Assembly: GCA_020184695.1 (NCBI GenBank)
Contig: JAANOX010000265.1
Location: forward strand, 123,210-187,209
Origin: Histomonas meleagridis 2922-C6/04-290x
Lineage: Eukaryota; Protista; Parabasalia
DNA length: 64,000 bases
Direction: 5' to 3'
Shown: positions 32,496 through 43,530 of the stretch, one piece after another
Layout of the letters: the number at the start of each line of letters is the position of its first letter
How positions within the stretch are numbered: position 1 is the first letter of the stretch
Made by a program: the position numbers and the translations under genes
The notes under the pieces: generated by a model
What the model was told of the DNA's origin: nothing
Databases searched by the model: none
The model's input: only the letters and a program-made list of their open reading frames with translations

Positions 32496-35400
32496 ATGGG
32501 AGGGAATGTTCCTTCGGTTGTTTCGAGTGGAACAGGAATTTTAAGTAGCTTTAACTTATGGGAAGAAAAAGTACATCATGCATGTTATACACATGATGAT
32601 TTTATTGATTCTTTTTCGCATGACTTATTTTCTTTAAAGCCACAAGAAATACAGTGTTTGCTGATGACAAACCCTCGTTTAATTCCAAATATTAAATCAG
32701 CACTTGAATATCTTCTTCAAGATAATAATCAAAGTGCAACAGACAAACAAATTTTGCAACCTTTAAATAGTGAATATCAAGTTTGTAGGAAAATTACTCA
32801 AAATAGAATCATTCAATACCAACATAAAGAACCAAAATTAAATGACACCGAAAAGCCATCAAGTGAATCTGAAAACACAACAACAAACTCTGCTACAGAC
32901 AAAAGCGAAACCGAAAAACCATCAATATTTAAAACATTAAAATTATTACCAAATGAAATATTTTCTTCAAAGTCAATTTCATCCGATCTCAAAAAGCAAC
33001 TTGCTAGTTTTAAGGATATTGATACCTCACCACCGATAAATCTTTTCCAAAAAGAAAGTTTCAAAAAAGATAATTGTTTTAGTGGTTTAGTATCTTCTCG
33101 AACAGTAAATACTTATGGCGTTGTTAGCAATGGCAATTTTTTGTTTACTTTAAGTAATGATTCAGTTATTAGTATCTTCTCAATTCTTGAAAATGGGTCA
33201 ATTTTACCACCGTTTGTAAAGAACATTGCAATTGAAGAAGATCCGTCAGCATTTTTATCACTAACTCCAACATCATTAATTGTAACAAGTCAAAATAAGA
33301 AATATACGTTTGATCTCACAACATTAATATCAAGGGACATACAAACGAATGAGAACTCTGAAAGGCTGGCTCTTCCACCTTCATTAATAACCAAAACTAA
33401 TCATTATTCATTTGGTATTTCAGATGGAATTGTAAACGTTTCAATTGACAAAAGCTTCACCGTAACGGTCTCCGCCGTTGAAACCGGTAAAGTTATTCAA
33501 AAAGTCAAATTGAAGTCACATTCAAATGTTGGCACCAAAGAAGAGATACCAGAATTATTATCACCCCAATTATTAACTTCACCAGCCGAGACTAATGGTG
33601 CATTCCTTGGTTTTTATGTTTCTGTTGATAATAATCATTATTTATATCGATTATTTTCATTGATCAATGGAAATCATATTTTAGATGAAATCATTGAAAC
33701 TAACAATCAAATAATTTCTATTAATATTGACATGGTCAATCGCCAATATTGGTATGCCACAAGTATTTCTGGACGAATTGTAATTCAAGCATATCAATAT
33801 GATGGAATTATTAATCCATTTATATATAACACCAAACTTTTTAATGGGCAAAAACTTGATTTATTATTAGGGAAAATTAATGATATATTAATTTGTTCGA
33901 TTAATTCGCCACATCAATTATTACAATATTCAAATGAACAAGAAATCATTGAAATCATAAATATCATTGAAAAACTATTAAATTCATATCAATCGTTATC
34001 AAAGAAAAATGAATTCTTTGTATTAATTCAAGATTTATATTTATTTATATTAATTAATACCAAAAATTTATTAATAAAAGAACCTAAGAATGAAACAATT
34101 AAAATGAAATTAATTGAACATTTAAAGAAAATGATTAATATAATGAACGATGAAAAAGGAGTTGATAACTTATCAATGATATTAATTGAGTTATTTGATT
34201 ATTTATTTTGTCTTGATTCATATTTATTATATTTGATATTAATCCAAAATATAAATTCACGAACATATGCATATTCATTACAAAAGTTTTGTAATTCAAA
34301 ACGATTTTATACACTTCAAATCTTTAAGAAGAATCCGATTTCGAATATTATTAAGAATCAATCAGAAATATCATCAAAAGTTTTAATGTTTTTTTATGCA
34401 CATCAACGATCATTAATTCGAGCAGTTTCAGAATCATTAAAAAATGACACTTTTTCAAGCATTAAATTATATAATCATTCTACTTATGAGAACACTCCAT
34501 TAGATTATTTATTTGATTATTCACAAGAAATTATTGATTTATTTATATTTTATATGGTTAAATCTAAGACATATGAAGAATTTATATCAACATCAATTTT
34601 TAAGTTATTTAATAATTTCTTGTTTTTGTTATGGGGTTTATCTGAATATCATAGTGTAGCACAAATTATTTTACCATTATTATGTGTATTACCAAGTTCA
34701 TTATCATCATTCTTCATGACAGTTGGTATTGATATTCATAATAATGATAAAGCTAATGAGCCATTAATGAATTTAGGATATTCATTTGGTTTATTTGCAG
34801 GTACATTAATTAAAGGTGGCGATGTATCTAAATTTGAATCCGATTATAAATGGTTCATTCGACCTAATATGGATTTAATTGAAACGCCTGAATTAATTGA
34901 TGATTTAGATAAAGAATTAACTAATGAAGAAAAAGATATATTTATTAATTCCGGTGAAAAAATTATGGGTTTAATATATAATAAATGGAGACAACCATTA
35001 AATCGAAAATTAACACCACAAATTCAAGAATTAGATCGTTTAGTGATTCAAGCAATTTCTTTACATACAAATACTATTAATGATTTAAAAAAAGGGAATT
35101 TAACTAAAGATTTACGTAGTGATTTAGAACAAATGCTTCGAGTGAGAAATCAAGCTATGCAAGATATACGAAAAAATTGTTCAATTGATCGAATAATTAA
35201 TAAAGCTCGAATGTTAATACGTATGAAAACACAATTCGAAGATAATGATCTTAAGGCGAAACTAATGGGGGATTATTTAATGTCTAAAGATTCGTCGGAA
35301 AGATTTTTACATTTCATTAAGAATCAAACAATTCGATTAGAATTAACAGGAATTGGATTCGATTTAATCCAATCACATTATGATGAAGCTAATGAACATA

Positions 35401-38400
35401 AAACTAATAACGCTTATAATGCTGCAGTAGCATCAGCATTATCACAAATTGATTCATTTGATAGTTTAGCATCGATATTAAAATATCAAAAGAAATCATT
35501 TATATCAATTTCACAATTTTTACGATTAATAGTTAAAAGTAATTCACCTTATTTAATATTAATAGCACATAAAATTATTAGTTGTAATGCCGCACCTTTA
35601 GAAGATGTTATTGAATTAATTAAATCTATTGTACCTTCTTTAAAGAATGATCCAAATAATTTTAAGTTATTTGCATTATGTTATCAAAAAATTGGTTTAG
35701 TGCCAACTATTTATAATGATTTACCTGATTTTATGAATATGCAACCAATTGATTGGTTTTTCTTTTCTGATTCATTATTAAAAGGGAAGCCAAGTTATGA
35801 ATATATACAAAAATTCTTTAATTTTATTAATAATGATAATATTCCTCAAGATAATGTTAAATATATTGTGAATTGTATTTATAATATATTTAATTATCAA
35901 AACTTTACTACTGAAGAATTAAAGCCTTTTGTTAGACAAATATTCGATTTAATTGGTTATAATTATAATAATTTAATACGTATAGATATTGCTTGTGAAT
36001 TATGTGAAATATTTCAACATTTATTAGAAAATGATTCGAATGGAAAAGTAGTTTTAGTTGAGTTATTAAAATCTTTTAATCCTGAAACTGCTAATGATAA
36101 TGAATTATGTGCTTTATTTTCAATTCTTGGAGGTGGATTTGAAGTAATGAGAAAGTTTTGTACTATTTCTTATAATATAATTCGTACTAAAATTTCTCAT
36201 GCTGTTATATTAGATGATAAAATTATCGAATTACCTATTAATGAAGAAACTATTTCTAAGCCGAATAATTTATTAAATTCTTATCCTGAAACTATATTTC
36301 GATTTGATCCTAAAACATTTCCTGAGTTTAATTATATTTTAAGTTTCCATGAAAAATGTTTAAATAATATGCATAAGATTTATTCGCCTTTATATTTTAG
36401 TTGTTTATCATTTTATTTACGTATTTCTAATTTCATTGTTAATATCCCTAAAGAAGTTTCTGAGAATTTAATAAATAAATTATCATTAATCATGAATCCT
36501 ATTGATTCTATTCAAGAAACAGTGAATTCAATGCTTTATTCCAAAAATAAGAAAATAATTGAAAAATTCGGTTTGTTTTCTGTGATGAAATCAACAAAAA
36601 CTAAATATATAACTTATATATCACCACCAATTAAATCGCAAGGAATGTCACAAATATCAATTATTCCAAATAAAAATAAAAAGTTTAATTGTTTCATTGG
36701 TGTAGTAAATGATACATTAACATCAAATGTGAAGTTTAATATGGTACAATTCCCTAATTCAATAGTATATCCATCACGAACACGATTAATGGAACCAATC
36801 AAATCAATTAATTCCTTTAATTTCATATTAAACGCAACCAAGAAATTAGTTACGTTTAAGAAGTCGATACATTTTCCTAAATGTGAAGGAAACTTTAAAT
36901 TATTTATTGTATGTGAACCTGAAATAATCAACGAAATTAATGTTGAAAATCCGGACGAAATCTTTGATGAAAATATGGAACCATATTTATCAGTAATTGG
37001 CGACTTAAATTATTTCTCTGATGAGCCATTGTTTGATTTACCGAAATGGTGTCAAAAGTCTAAATCGGAAGCGAAAAAGTTCATTTCGGAAGGTAAAATG
37101 CCTCCTTATCGTGAGTTAATCCCTGATCGCTTTGATGAGCAACCACAATATGAAGTACCATATGACATATGTTTACATATTGATCATTGTGAAGAGACTA
37201 CGAAATATTTAATCGATTTAACTATAGCACATTATTGTAAGTTTTTATCAAGCGAATGGGGAACTGTAATTATAATGGAATTCATTATAAATGGATTCGT
37301 AATACCAAATCATTTAATGATGAGATTATTCTCATTGTTAATAGTTCCATTAGAACCATTTTATCCAGAAAACCTTAAAAATTCACAATTCCCATTCCAA
37401 CTTGAGAAATCAATACTTTTACCACATGCGGAAATGAATGAACTTAATTTCCACTTAGAAAATGATGCGCAATATGCATTACAAATCATAAAACAAAATA
37501 AAGAATTCCCAACTTTGTTGGAACAAAGAATTAGCGCAATGATGGCAACGCCTTCATTCCATCTCTTTACTTCTTCAGAATTAAAACTTACATATTTCGG
37601 ATACGGACATTTAGAAGACGAATTTACAATTAACATCGAAAATTCCGAAATTTTATTACTTTCAATCCCTTTGTTTAATCATTGTACTGGAAATAAAATC
37701 ATTGTAAATGGTAAAGAATGTACGTTCCCTTTGGTCGCGACTGAAACTATACATGCCGATTTGCATGATAACCCAATAATAGGTGAATCATTGACTGCTT
37801 TAAGAATTTCGAAATATCGAAATGATTGGGTATATGGAACTTCTTTGGAATTGTTGTTGCTGATTAAACAATTTGCAATGTCCGCAAAAGGTGATTCACA
37901 AATATTCTTAAGACAAACATTGCTCGATTTGTTTTTGATACAAAGCCCGTTCGCTTATCCCTTTATTAAGGAGTTTCTGATCCATTTCTCTCAGGAATTC
38001 GTCTTCATCTCGGATTCAAATAGAAGTTATATCTCGAGAATTTTATTAATGACTCAATTCATAAGAGAACATGGTGCAAATCTGGATAACTCGGTACATT
38101 CATTTTACGTTCAAGAAAAGCGTGCTTTTATTTCCGATTTGTCTTATGAGCTTAAGCCTTTCTTCCCAGAATTCTTTGAAGATAACAACAACATCGCTGA
38201 TAGGAAACCGTTAATTTCGGTTGAAATTCCAAAGTTGGATATACAAACCGCCGATGATTCTGATGACGTTGTCAGTTTGTTCCTCCTTTATCGTTCTTTG
38301 GTTTACCAGCGGTCTTCTATCGTTGGGTATCCGTTTTGGGAGGTTTTGCCAATTTGGTTACTTTTTACTGATTTACCAAACGATAAAACCGATCCTGTCG

Positions 38401-40157
38401 TAACGGTCGATGACGATTATGAAGTTATCACTGTTAAAAACCTTTCAAATTACGTGGCAATCGTAACTGTTCATCCTCAACAATATCAACCTGATGCTTA
38501 TGTTTTAGTGTATTATGATAATTTAGAAATAGAACCTATAAGAATTGAATTAGATGTATTTGAAAATAATATTGAAATGTTTCAATTCGAAATCCAAGCT
38601 AGAGTTGCATACCTAAAGGTTAAGGGAGTACCAGGCCACTTTAAAGATTGCAGTGTAAGTTCGAAATTGAATTATGACAAAATTCTTCTTGATCCTACAA
38701 TTATTCATGATGAATTTGTTACTGATGTTAAATCTATTGTTCACAATTGGGAACCTTACGATGCACGTCAACTTTTAATGTCATTTACATCTAATCTTTT
38801 AATGCAACAACAGTTCGAACCAATCCAAGAAACAGCTTTGTCTTCAAAGTTATTATCCAGGTTTTCTCGAAAAGTTATTTTATTTGAATCATTTTTAATT
38901 CATCGATTTAACTATATGTGTTCTGCTGCTCGTGTTTACATTGAAGACTCATTTTGGAAAACTGTTCTTCCATATATCTCATCAGAAGATGCACTTCGAT
39001 CATTTGTTGAAGCTGTTGAAGTATCTACTGATAAACCTTATCACTTTAGTATTGATAGACATTCTGCACATCGTCTAATTATAGATGGAAAAGGTAGTAA
39101 TAAGAACTCTGTTATATATCAATTTTCATCACAAATTCAAACATTGCCCATCGGCCGTTTGCGTTGTAAAGAAAAACCGTGGACGGTTACATTCAAAGGT
39201 GAAAGTGCGATAGATTCGGGGGGCCCCAGAAGGGAACTTTTCTATGAAATAGCAAATTCGATCTTTGAGCCAACATCCAATTTATTTATTCCTGTTCCAA
39301 ATGGTAGGCGTCAACACGGGTCCTTTAAAGATACTTATATCCCATATACAACGTTAGGCAAAGCTTCATTTAATCAATATCGAGCAATTGGTACCTTCAT
39401 TGGGATTATTATCCGTAATGGTTATCCTCAATCACTTCCATTTGCACCACTTGTGTGGAGTTTCCTTGCAGATGAATCAATTTCTGAAAATGACATTTTC
39501 ATGGTCGATGAACAACTCAAGATGTCTTGTGAGCAATGGCGTGCTGCTCAAGACGAACCTGACTTTGCTGAGCGCTTTGGTATTAGATGGCAATATGAAA
39601 GTTGGGATGAAGCAATTTATAAAATCCAGACATCTGAAGAAGGATTTGTTCAAGGAAAGCAAATTGAGATGTACATCCACGAGGTTATCCAAAAACGGCT
39701 TAAAGACATTGATCCATATCTTCAACAAATTCGAGTTGGCTTCTATGAGAATATTGGCTTCACATCTCATCCATTTATGAGTGGCCCGCTTCTCTCTCTT
39801 CTTGCGCAAGGCTCTAACATTGTTACAACGTCTCAGTTGAAGGCGATCACTGTTTTTTATGGGTTTAAAGCTGGAGATGTTGGCATAACCAACTTTTGGA
39901 TTGCTGTAGAAAAGATGACAAACGACCAAAGGTCTCTTTTGTTGAAATTTGTGACAACTCTTGCAAGATTACCTAATTCAAAGATGAATAATGAGTTCAA
40001 AATAACAGTTGTAAAGGCAAATGCCGATGACTCTAGGCTCCCTTGTGCAGCAACATGCTTTAATAAGCTTATGTTACCTTCATATTCAACACCTGAAATC
40101 GCATATCAGAAACTAACAGTTGCTGTCGAAATGTGTCAAACTATGGAAAATATTTAA
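32496..40157 (+). CDS. Large HECT-domain E3 ubiquitin ligase
   Basis: C-terminal HECT domain: VTFKGESAIDSGGPRRE...LLKFVT...RLPCAATCFNKLMLPSY with the catalytic Cys. Confidence 0.93.
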   Translation: MGGNVPSVVSSGTGILSSFNLWEEKVHHACYTHDDFIDSFSHDLFSLKPQEIQCLLMTNPRLIPNIKSALEYLLQDNNQSATDKQILQPLNSEYQVCRKITQNRIIQYQHKEPKLNDTEKPSSESENTTTNSATDKSETEKPSIFKTLKLLPNEIFSSKSISSDLKKQLASFKDIDTSPPINLFQKESFKKDNCFSGLVSSRTVNTYGVVSNGNFLFTLSNDSVISIFSILENGSILPPFVKNIAIEEDPSAFLSLTPTSLIVTSQNKKYTFDLTTLISRDIQTNENSERLALPPSLITKTNHYSFGISDGIVNVSIDKSFTVTVSAVETGKVIQKVKLKSHSNVGTKEEIPELLSPQLLTSPAETNGAFLGFYVSVDNNHYLYRLFSLINGNHILDEIIETNNQIISINIDMVNRQYWYATSISGRIVIQAYQYDGIINPFIYNTKLFNGQKLDLLLGKINDILICSINSPHQLLQYSNEQEIIEIINIIEKLLNSYQSLSKKNEFFVLIQDLYLFILINTKNLLIKEPKNETIKMKLIEHLKKMINIMNDEKGVDNLSMILIELFDYLFCLDSYLLYLILIQNINSRTYAYSLQKFCNSKRFYTLQIFKKNPISNIIKNQSEISSKVLMFFYAHQRSLIRAVSESLKNDTFSSIKLYNHSTYENTPLDYLFDYSQEIIDLFIFYMVKSKTYEEFISTSIFKLFNNFLFLLWGLSEYHSVAQIILPLLCVLPSSLSSFFMTVGIDIHNNDKANEPLMNLGYSFGLFAGTLIKGGDVSKFESDYKWFIRPNMDLIETPELIDDLDKELTNEEKDIFINSGEKIMGLIYNKWRQPLNRKLTPQIQELDRLVIQAISLHTNTINDLKKGNLTKDLRSDLEQMLRVRNQAMQDIRKNCSIDRIINKARMLIRMKTQFEDNDLKAKLMGDYLMSKDSSERFLHFIKNQTIRLELTGIGFDLIQSHYDEANEHKTNNAYNAAVASALSQIDSFDSLASILKYQKKSFISISQFLRLIVKSNSPYLILIAHKIISCNAAPLEDVIELIKSIVPSLKNDPNNFKLFALCYQKIGLVPTIYNDLPDFMNMQPIDWFFFSDSLLKGKPSYEYIQKFFNFINNDNIPQDNVKYIVNCIYNIFNYQNFTTEELKPFVRQIFDLIGYNYNNLIRIDIACELCEIFQHLLENDSNGKVVLVELLKSFNPETANDNELCALFSILGGGFEVMRKFCTISYNIIRTKISHAVILDDKIIELPINEETISKPNNLLNSYPETIFRFDPKTFPEFNYILSFHEKCLNNMHKIYSPLYFSCLSFYLRISNFIVNIPKEVSENLINKLSLIMNPIDSIQETVNSMLYSKNKKIIEKFGLFSVMKSTKTKYITYISPPIKSQGMSQISIIPNKNKKFNCFIGVVNDTLTSNVKFNMVQFPNSIVYPSRTRLMEPIKSINSFNFILNATKKLVTFKKSIHFPKCEGNFKLFIVCEPEIINEINVENPDEIFDENMEPYLSVIGDLNYFSDEPLFDLPKWCQKSKSEAKKFISEGKMPPYRELIPDRFDEQPQYEVPYDICLHIDHCEETTKYLIDLTIAHYCKFLSSEWGTVIIMEFIINGFVIPNHLMMRLFSLLIVPLEPFYPENLKNSQFPFQLEKSILLPHAEMNELNFHLENDAQYALQIIKQNKEFPTLLEQRISAMMATPSFHLFTSSELKLTYFGYGHLEDEFTINIENSEILLLSIPLFNHCTGNKIIVNGKECTFPLVATETIHADLHDNPIIGESLTALRISKYRNDWVYGTSLELLLLIKQFAMSAKGDSQIFLRQTLLDLFLIQSPFAYPFIKEFLIHFSQEFVFISDSNRSYISRILLMTQFIREHGANLDNSVHSFYVQEKRAFISDLSYELKPFFPEFFEDNNNIADRKPLISVEIPKLDIQTADDSDDVVSLFLLYRSLVYQRSSIVGYPFWEVLPIWLLFTDLPNDKTDPVVTVDDDYEVITVKNLSNYVAIVTVHPQQYQPDAYVLVYYDNLEIEPIRIELDVFENNIEMFQFEIQARVAYLKVKGVPGHFKDCSVSSKLNYDKILLDPTIIHDEFVTDVKSIVHNWEPYDARQLLMSFTSNLLMQQQFEPIQETALSSKLLSRFSRKVILFESFLIHRFNYMCSAARVYIEDSFWKTVLPYISSEDALRSFVEAVEVSTDKPYHFSIDRHSAHRLIIDGKGSNKNSVIYQFSSQIQTLPIGRLRCKEKPWTVTFKGESAIDSGGPRRELFYEIANSIFEPTSNLFIPVPNGRRQHGSFKDTYIPYTTLGKASFNQYRAIGTFIGIIIRNGYPQSLPFAPLVWSFLADESISENDIFMVDEQLKMSCEQWRAAQDEPDFAERFGIRWQYESWDEAIYKIQTSEEGFVQGKQIEMYIHEVIQKRLKDIDPYLQQIRVGFYENIGFTSHPFMSGPLLSLLAQGSNIVTTSQLKAITVFYGFKAGDVGITNFWIAVEKMTNDQRSLLLKFVTTLARLPNSKMNNEFKITVVKANADDSRLPCAATCFNKLMLPSYSTPEIAYQKLTVAVEMCQTMENI

Positions 40158-40367
40158 ATAAAAAGAAGTCTTTATTCGAATTTGCTCATGAGTGGTTAAT
40201 GCATCGAAAGATTTTTGTGTTCTAAATTGCCTTTTATAGAGTCAAAGTAAGTCATTGCTTCATCAAATTTATCAAATTCCCATGATAAATCCCACAAAAA
40301 ATAAGAAAGAAGCACTTGAGTTTATTGTATAATATTGGGATCAAGCTCTGGAAGTTATGGATAAATA

Positions 40368-41558
40368 CAGTGTTTCCAAAAACGATAGGTCAGTCGATAC
40401 GACGGTTATGGCGTGATCACAATGAATCATATGCCGATGTCCATGGTCAATGCCAGAATGGAAATCATTCATCATTTATATGATGGAAAAAACATTTCTC
40501 AAATACGCCAATTGACTGGCCATGGACGTGATTTAATTCGTAAAGTAAAAATGCAACTCGAACAAGGTGATAATATGTTTTTATTAAATAACAAAATTGG
40601 TGCACCAGCGAAACGAACTAAAGAGCTTGAAGAAGAAGTAATCAGATTAGTCACAGAAGATAGAAGGGCTGGACTTTGTAGGATTGCGAAAAATGTGACT
40701 GAAAATGGTTCACCAATAAGTAAAAGTTTAGTAGCCAATATACTACACGACAACCATTTTAATTATCTTCCGCCGAGAAAAACATTCCTATTGTCTGAAA
40801 AAGAAAAACAAGCTCGGGTATCATTTTGTAATCATCATCTCTTAAACAATACAGATTGGATATCTGTATTGTTTAATGACGAATCACTTCTTATTCTCGG
40901 GCCAAATAGAAGGTGGCTTTGGAGAAGAAGAGGAGAGATTGACCAATGCATATATTCTCCACAAAAGAAATACCCTCAAAAATTCATGGTATTTGGAGGT
41001 ATTTCTTATAACTATCATACACCTTTAATTGCGTTAACAGGAACAATTAATGCTCAGCGATATGTTTCGGATTGTATTCAAAGATCTCAGCTAATAACAG
41101 GAATGAATGAAATATATGGTGAGAAAAATTGGGTTTTGATGCAGAATGGCGCATCAATACATACAAGCAGTTTAACGAATAATTACTTGGAGGAGAAATG
41201 CAATATATTGAAGAATTGGCCTGCCAATTCCCCTGACCTCAACCCTATCGAAAATTTGTGGGCCATTATGAAAGACAGGGTTGAACAGGTCGAACCGAAT
41301 GATCTGGAAACGTTGAAACAAATTGTTTTTGATGTTTGGAATAACATTAAAGTTTCAACGATTCAAAACCTTATAAATTCAATGGATGATCGTCTTCGGA
41401 AGGTGGTTAAAAATGGGGGTGCCCCAAATGGATATTGAAATTAAATGAATAAACCGTTCTAAAAAATATAAGTCACCGTTTCTCAAAAAGTTATTCCTTT
41501 TCGATATAAATAAAAATTTTACATTCACTTTACTGACCTATCGTTTTTGAAAACACTG
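40368..41558 (+). mobile_element. Tc1-family (DD34E) DNA transposon
   Basis: 27-bp TIRs with 1 mismatch (40368-40394 and 41532-41558), flanked by TA on both sides, enclosing a transposase ORF. Confidence 0.93.
40413..41438 (+). CDS. Tc1 transposase, second catalytic Asp replaced by Asn
   Basis: HTH N-terminus; FNDES, MQNGAS (D to N), WPANSPDLNPIENLW; exactly 34 residues lie between that N and the E. Confidence 0.88.
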   Translation: MITMNHMPMSMVNARMEIIHHLYDGKNISQIRQLTGHGRDLIRKVKMQLEQGDNMFLLNNKIGAPAKRTKELEEEVIRLVTEDRRAGLCRIAKNVTENGSPISKSLVANILHDNHFNYLPPRKTFLLSEKEKQARVSFCNHHLLNNTDWISVLFNDESLLILGPNRRWLWRRRGEIDQCIYSPQKKYPQKFMVFGGISYNYHTPLIALTGTINAQRYVSDCIQRSQLITGMNEIYGEKNWVLMQNGASIHTSSLTNNYLEEKCNILKNWPANSPDLNPIENLWAIMKDRVEQVEPNDLETLKQIVFDVWNNIKVSTIQNLINSMDDRLRKVVKNGGAPNGY

Positions 41559-42132
41559 TATGTTGTCAAGACCAAATAAATGTGAAGTGATATGAATTTA
41601 TATTAAATGATTAAATAATAAAATTAACGTACATTTTTATCACTACACTAAAGTATTTTACCTGTCTTTCTCGATGAATATAAAAAGTATTTAATATAAG
41701 AATACTCATTCTACCATTAAAACACATATCTTTGTCTATTTTTTTCATGTCACATTTACTGTTTAGTAAACGTGGTTAATATTAGAAATATGAAGAGTTC
41801 AGTTTTTTAGTTAATTTTGATGAGTAATAAATATATTAACATGGTAAATAAAATAAATATTTAATATAATATATCTCGAATTCATGTTAAAATAATCAGA
41901 AAAATATTGAAAAGAATATGAGATAATGCAAAAATTAAAAAATAAATTATTTTTTCTTCTGTAAAAATAAAACAGTCGAAATATTCTAAAAATGTAAATT
42001 CATACTATCTTAGAGATGGGCTTTTGTTAATAGTATTTTTGTGAAAAATCGATCGAGGGAAAATTTTTGATTGCACCTCTCATGTAGGCTTATGATAATT
42101 CTGAATTAAAAACTTTGATAGGTTTATAATGC

Positions 42133-42277
42133 GGTCGGGACCCTAAGGGACCCGGGCCCATATAGTCCTCGGGATTGGACCCGACCTTTCCTTTTAACAT
42201 AGGGGGCTGGAGGCCTCCTGGATTCCTTCGGGTTCCCAGGCTGCTGAAGAGCCCTAAGTAGGCTTGCTTCGCTTGCT
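42133..42277. repeat. Left terminus: direct repeat plus inverted-repeat arm
   Basis: agtcctcgggattgg..ccgaccttt, aggggg, tgaagagccct and ctaagtaggcttgcttcgcttgct all match the reverse complement of the right terminus. Confidence 0.85.
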
Positions 42278-42567
42278 ACGAGAATAATAATAATCTTTGT
42301 GAGCCATACAATTCGTTTGAAAAATTGAATGCATATTCAAAATTTAATTAACGATTAACTTTTTGATAGCACCGGTAGCAGATAGCACTTTTCATGTAAA
42401 TCTATTCAAAAACCTCGTATAATCAGCACAAATCGTCCCTAAACTATATTTAAAAATCAAGTAGTCAAAAAGCGACGGTTATCGTTTGGTCGCATGGCAA
42501 ACTTATTCCAATGGACCAATGGTCAGTATTCTTAATTTTAAAATGTCACTTCATCACTTCACTCTAT

Positions 42568-43127
42568 ATGAATACAGACTTCTATTCTGTTACAAAACTT
42601 GGGGATTATCTCAAAGAGAAAGATTCAGATGCTACAGCAGTAGCTTTATTTTTCGAACCCAAGGATGACAAATTAGACAATTCTAACAATTTTGTAATTA
42701 AACCAATAGGAATGATAATCAAACACGAAAATTTTCAGAATATTTATTATCTTCATAGAGAGTTAATGGTATTCTTTAATAAAATATCAAAATATCAATA
42801 CCAATCACTGAAAACAAAATGCCATTACTTACTAATAATATTCATTATTTAGAGATCCATTTAATACAATTAGAAAGTAATTTTGGAAGGCGGTATCAAG
42901 CATTTATCTATAAGTCCAAGAATGATGAAGTTAACAATATTCTAATCTCCCATAAAATACCTGATACCCATGAATTCGAATCAGTATTCGATGTCAATTC
43001 TATCAATTCCTATAGATCACCCAATGACATCACACATAACGATACGATTAAGTCAATTTATGTTACTAATGTTTTTTCTTCATTATGGACGGTAGGACAA
43101 ATAGTTAGAGATTTAAATGAACGATAA
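42568..43127 (+). CDS. Viral accessory ORF X (two overlapping frames; one frameshifted gene or two small genes)
   Basis: ATG at 42568 follows TCACTT/TCACTC motifs. Frame 1 runs to 42852 and frame 2 is 42819..43127, overlapping at an A-rich tract. No recognisable domain. Confidence 0.5.
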
Positions 43128-43385
43128 AATAAACGCTTATTTTTTATATTTTTTTTTCATAACGTGTCACATATATTTTGCTATTTTGTTTTAAAGCTGA
43201 AAATGCGATTGGTTTCTCAGATATAATTGCATTTGAAAATGATAAACTTCTTTGTTTATCTATATCTTCATAAATTTGTAATTTCAGAAATATTTAATTT
43301 ATTTGTGTTGTAATTAATTTCAATAACTTCAGGTTTATAATTCGACATTTATAGAAATTATTTAGATTTTGTATAATCACCACGA

Positions 43386-43474
43386 TGAATTTTTAAAATG
43401 AAGACTTGTCAATAGAACCGGGGTGTCCGCAGGACACCCCGGTTCTATTGACAAGTCTTCATTTTAAAAATTCA
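43386..43474. repeat. Perfect 43-bp inverted repeat with a 3-nt GCA loop
   Basis: Arms 43386-43428 and 43432-43474 are exact reverse complements. Confidence 0.97.
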
Positions 43475-43530
43475 AAACATTATATGAATAATTTTATTTA
43501 TTTCTATTGACCAACTAACGCTTATACTAC

